From contig OZ024743.1 in the NCBI GenBank assembly GCA_964016885.1, positions 26,598,001-26,662,000 on the forward strand: DNA of 64,000 nucleotides. Direction: 5' to 3'. Position numbers and translations under genes: made by a program. This document shows positions 56,081-64,000 of this stretch, piece after piece (within the stretch, counting starts at the first letter, position 1; each line of letters begins with the position of its first letter). The stretch is from Eledone cirrhosa. Taxonomy: Eukaryota. The notes under the pieces were generated by a model. The model did not search any database, was not told where the DNA came from, and was given only the letters and a program-made list of their open reading frames with translations.

Positions 56081-57801
56081 TTGCATGTTGAGGCATCTTG
56101 TATAATGCACGAGTTGGAAATCGAGAACAGAACACAACCTTTCGTGCCCAGGAAACCGAAGATCAATATGAAAGATCATAAGAGAAATTTCGAGAATGAC
56201 TTGCCAGTCAGATTGATTGCACCATCAAAATCGGACCTGGGTAAACTAAGCAAAAACATTCTTGACAGGGTGATACAGCAAATTAAAAACTTGAGTTGTT
56301 TACCTAACCTGAGCTTGTGGAAGGGAACTGGTGAGGTTGTTGAGTGGTTTAAGCAAATTAAATATAACAATAATAATAAGTTTATTCAACTTGATATTGC
56401 TAACTATTATTCTTCCATTACCCCTAATCTACTAAATAAGGCACTAAATTACGCATTCAAACATACAGACCTAACTAGCAATGAAATGCACATTATATTA
56501 TCGGCTAGGAAAACATTGATAGAATTTAATGACCAACTATGGACCCGAGCAGATAGAGATAACAATTTTGACATTACTATGGATCATCCGACTCAGCTCA
56601 GGTAACTGACCTTGTGGGCTTATTTTTAATCAATTCGCTGCATAGGAAAATACCTGGTACTATCGGAGGTTTATATAGAGATGACATGCTTTTACTTATT
56701 GATAATAATAACTCTGAACTAAATAGAAAAAGAAAACAAATTACACAATTTTTTAATCACTTTAATCTAAAAATAGAAATTGAGAATAACCATAGAATAG
56801 TCAACTTCCTAGATATAACATTAAATCTCAACACATGTCTTCACTATCCATTTCACAAGTTGAATGAAAACTTAAACTATGTCAGCTTTAACTCTAACCA
56901 CCCCAAATCTGTTAAAAATACTATAGTAAACTCTGTTCAATCACGTATCTCTAGAATCTCATCTAATAAAAAGATTTTCGACGAAAAAGCCCATTATTAC
57001 AATGAAGCGTTAGCTAGAGCAGGATATAGTGATAAAATTATGTACATAGTTGTTATTTTGTTTAATTTGTTTATCATTATCTATTTTAATTATGGCCACA
57101 ACCTTAACAACTATAATAGAAAGCATTACAATAATTCCAAAAGCCATAAAAGAAATAGAACTAGGAATATAATATGGTTTGCCCCCCCTTTCTCACTAAA
57201 CATTAAAACCCACATTGCTAAACTATTTTTTAAAGCTCTCGATAATCGCTTCCCTAGAACACCTAGGTATCACTCAATTTTCAATAGACATACTATAAAA
57301 CTAACCTACTCATCCACCAACAATTTAGCGCAAAATATTAATAGAATAAATAACAGGAACTTAAAACCTAGCGATAATAGCATAAATAATATCCAAGTTA
57401 ACAAATGTAACTGTAGAGATAGATCTAAATGTCCGTTAAATAACAACTGCTTAGTTAAAAATATAATATACAACTGTAATGTTAAAACGGACGTTAATTC
57501 TTTTAACTACGTTGGTTCTACATCGACGGAATTTAAACTTCGCTATAACAACCACAAGAATTCTTTCACAGATCCATCCAAAAAATCTTCAACAGCACTA
57601 TCAGGCGTACTCTGGCAACTTAGGCATGATAACGTTAGATATTCGACGACTTGGAATATAGTTTCAAGGGGGATTCCTTTTAATTCATCCTCTGAGACAT
57701 GTGACCTCTGTGCGGAGGAGATATTCTTTATACTAAAATCTAAAAATTCCCTTAATCTACGGACAAATTTATTCAGTTGCTGCAGACATAGATTGAACTA
57801 A
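56081..57801 (+). pseudogene. Penelope RT + GIY-YIG endonuclease, broken by a 1-bp deletion near 56581
   Basis: KDHK.NF...RLI.P.KS.LG, QLDIANYYSSI, FDITM(G)SSDSAQVTDLVG across the frameshift, GLYRDD, NFLDITL, CNCRDRSKCPLNNNC, IIY...YVGST..FK.RYNNH, CDLC. Confidence 0.9.
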
Positions 57802-59033
57802 ACGTTTAAATATAAATTTAAATTTAAAATGTAGTTATGTTTGATTTGATTTGTAATTATTTATGAAACTAGCCGATAATTCTTTCGATTTCTTCTTTTA
57901 TTAAAACATTCTTCATGAATAATTAAACTACCCTAAAAGCTGATGCTCCAAATATATCGAATTAAATTTTAAACTAGATAAACTTCTATATTAAATATAA
58001 GAACATATGTAGACCAAATGGGTATCCTAAACTTTTGGAATGATTTCTGCTAGACAGGATTTGGTAAACAATTTTTGTTTTATCTGTTTCGACTCTGATG
58101 CTTATGATGATCTTGGCAATATATTGTCAATTAACTTTGAAAGGCTGATCTCTGTGTTTTATTTGTATTATTTTTTAATATTTTGTAATATTTTTTATTT
58201 TTAATATTAAATGTTTTAGTTTTCTGTTTATTTATTTATTTTCTTGTCTCTGATATTTTTATTTTTATTTTTATTAATATATTGAAATCTGTTCTCTATT
58301 TCTGCTTGCTCGACAATCATGTAGAATAAAGACAAGAATAGTATTGTTAAAATTAATATAGACTCTATATATATGTGTATATATACACACATATATGTAT
58401 ACTTGAATTTTTATAGCACAATGAGAATGTTTTCGTGTGAATTGGGAGGTTTATAATTATGATATAAACATATGAATTTTTAAAAACTAGACATAAGATC
58501 ATTACTTTTCACACATTATAGATACATGTCTCATTCGTGAATACTGGTATTTACATTATAATGCCTGTTTTATACGAACTAATATTTTCTACGGGATAAA
58601 ACATAGCGGTTTTAAATTCTGCATCGTTTATGTCTGGTTATGTTTCATTTTCTCTTTTTCTCTCTATATAACGGCTATTTTCTCTCTTAACTACATACAT
58701 CTCTCTTTACATTAATACTAGAGCTAAATAAATAAATAAATGTATCAACCGATACTCAACTTCCTAGTTTCTCTATCTATCTCTTTCTTTTTTCCTCTCT
58801 CTATATATATTTCTCTCTGTTTCTTTACATGAAGTTCTTCTCTTTATCTATCTTTCTATATCTCTCTATTTAGTCACATGCATTTCTTCTTTTTCTTCGT
58901 TTCTCTTTCTTTCTCTCTTTATCTCTTTCTTTTTACAACTGTCCACAATATTTTTTACTGCCAAATCAACCTCCCAAATGCAAGGTGATTGAAAGGTATG
59001 TCGTATCTATTATTTATAAGACTGTTTATATTG

Positions 59034-59099
59034 TATTTTGTCTGAAGAAGGCATAACATATTGTTAATATGATATCCCTGAAATATATATAATGAAATA
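59034..59099 (+). ncRNA. Type I hammerhead in Penelope pLTR (predicted AUA site, cut after 59091)
   Basis: TATTTTGT-CTGAAGA-AGG..CATATT-GTT-AATATG..CCT-GAA-ATATATAT-A-ATGAAATA. Confidence 0.68.
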
Positions 59100-59142
59100 A
59101 ATATGGTTTTATAAATATAGTTTCCATTTATTTAATATCATA

Positions 59143-62585
<3,443 letters not shown>

Positions 62586-62720
62586 ATATTACTCTCACTC
62601 CCTCTTACACCAGTGACCAACCAATACAGACTGGAGATAAAATGTGTAGCAACAAGGGCATTGCCCCAGCATGGCCTCAGTCGGATGGCTGGAACAGGTA
62701 AAAGAGTAAAAGAATACATA

Positions 62721-62751
<31 letters not shown>

Positions 62752-62769
62752 CCAGAGTAAAAGAATACA

Positions 62770-62954
62770 TATACATATATATATATACACATATATATAT
62801 TCACACACACATATATATATACCTATTTTTATACATATATATACACATACATATATTTACATATATATACACACACACATACATATATATACGCATATAC
62901 ATATACATAAATATACACATACACATAATATATGCATACATAATACATGCAGAC

Positions 62955-63009
<55 letters not shown>

Positions 63010-63207
63010 CATGTATATATATATATATATATGCATGCATATATATGTGTATGTATGCATGAATATGTATGTATATATGAATGCATATATGTATATACAT
63101 ACATATATATATACATAAATATACACATACACATAATACATGCATACATATATATGCATACATAATACATGCAGACATGTGTGTATATATATATATATAT
63201 ATGTATG

Positions 63208-63243
<36 letters not shown>

Positions 63244-63520
63244 CATACATATATATATATATATATACATTCATCATCTTCATCATCATCATATATACAT
63301 ATATACATATATATTAATATATATATATATACACATACATACATATATATACACATACATACATATATATATATATACATACATAGATATATATTAATAT
63401 ATATATATATACACATACATACATATAAATTTATATATGCTTACATACATACATAAATATTAATATATACATACATAGAGATATTAATACACACACACAC
63501 ACACACATGTATATATATGT
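62770..63520. repeat. Mixed (TA)/(CA)/(TACA) low-complexity region with a local ~110-bp duplication
   Basis: cataatacatgcagacatgtgt occurs at ~62939 and ~63161. Confidence 0.85.
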
Positions 63521-64000
63521 ATAGAATGATCAATGGGCAAAGCTGGTTTCATTGCCTTGAATCAGTAACTAGACAATTGATAAAATTATCAGTATCAGTT
63601 GAAAGATTGACAATTATCAACAGTGAAATCTAAACATAAAGCAAGAAATGAGGGGTGGGACTTTTTCTGAATCCCAATAACACAAATGTGCCATTAGTAA
63701 TTATAAAGACATTCAATTCAATATATATTTACAGGTAAGTTATATAAATATACCAAGGGCTTGAAAGACAATAAATTTGGTTGAAAATTATATTAATAGA
63801 AAAAACAACAACTAAAAAAAAATGATAGTCATTTTGTCAGAAATGATACTGATATACTGATATTTGGTGGTTAACAGATATAGGATGTTACCTATTGCTT
63901 GTGTATAGTCAGTTTGGAATTAAACTTCCATGTATATTCCAACAACATAAACAAGTAATAAAAAGCCATAGTTGGTTGTAATGTACTTTTTCAAATAATT

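Larger units (their letters stand above)
55834..59142 (+). mobile_element. Penelope-like element (probably Hydra clade), 5'-truncated with inverted pLTR
   Basis: RT and GIY-YIG-type ORFs inside; 55921-56087 is reverse-complementary to 58978-59142; (TA)n on both sides. Confidence 0.9.

Noticed and set aside
63725-63742. Strong donor-like CAGGTAAGT
   Set aside because: No supporting ORF or acceptor upstream; insufficient evidence for an exon.

Overview
AT-rich animal genomic DNA, most likely an octopus or other coleoid cephalopod (inferred from the SINE/RTE repeat types and giant (TA)n tracts). The window holds the last 17 coding exons (11301-41783, + strand) of a BLTP3/UHRF1BP1(L) (SHIP164) bridge-like lipid transfer protein gene. 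They splice by GT-AG in one continuous frame to 1414 aa plus stop; the N-terminal ~70 aa are not in the window. Introns and flanks are full of decayed RTE LINEs, two tRNA-derived SINE families, piggyBac- and Tigger-like MITEs, a 2-kb non-autonomous Helitron, a CRE-clade retroelement, and a Penelope-like element sitting between multi-kb (TA)n arrays. The most notable unannotated signal is a set of type I hammerhead ribozyme folds. One is an apparently intact U3-A8 variant (1343-1421) in a ~319-bp tandem/foldback retrozyme-like repeat; four lie in the inverted Penelope terminal repeats; several more are degenerate. The long Y/I/M/C-rich ORFs in the track are microsatellite artefacts.
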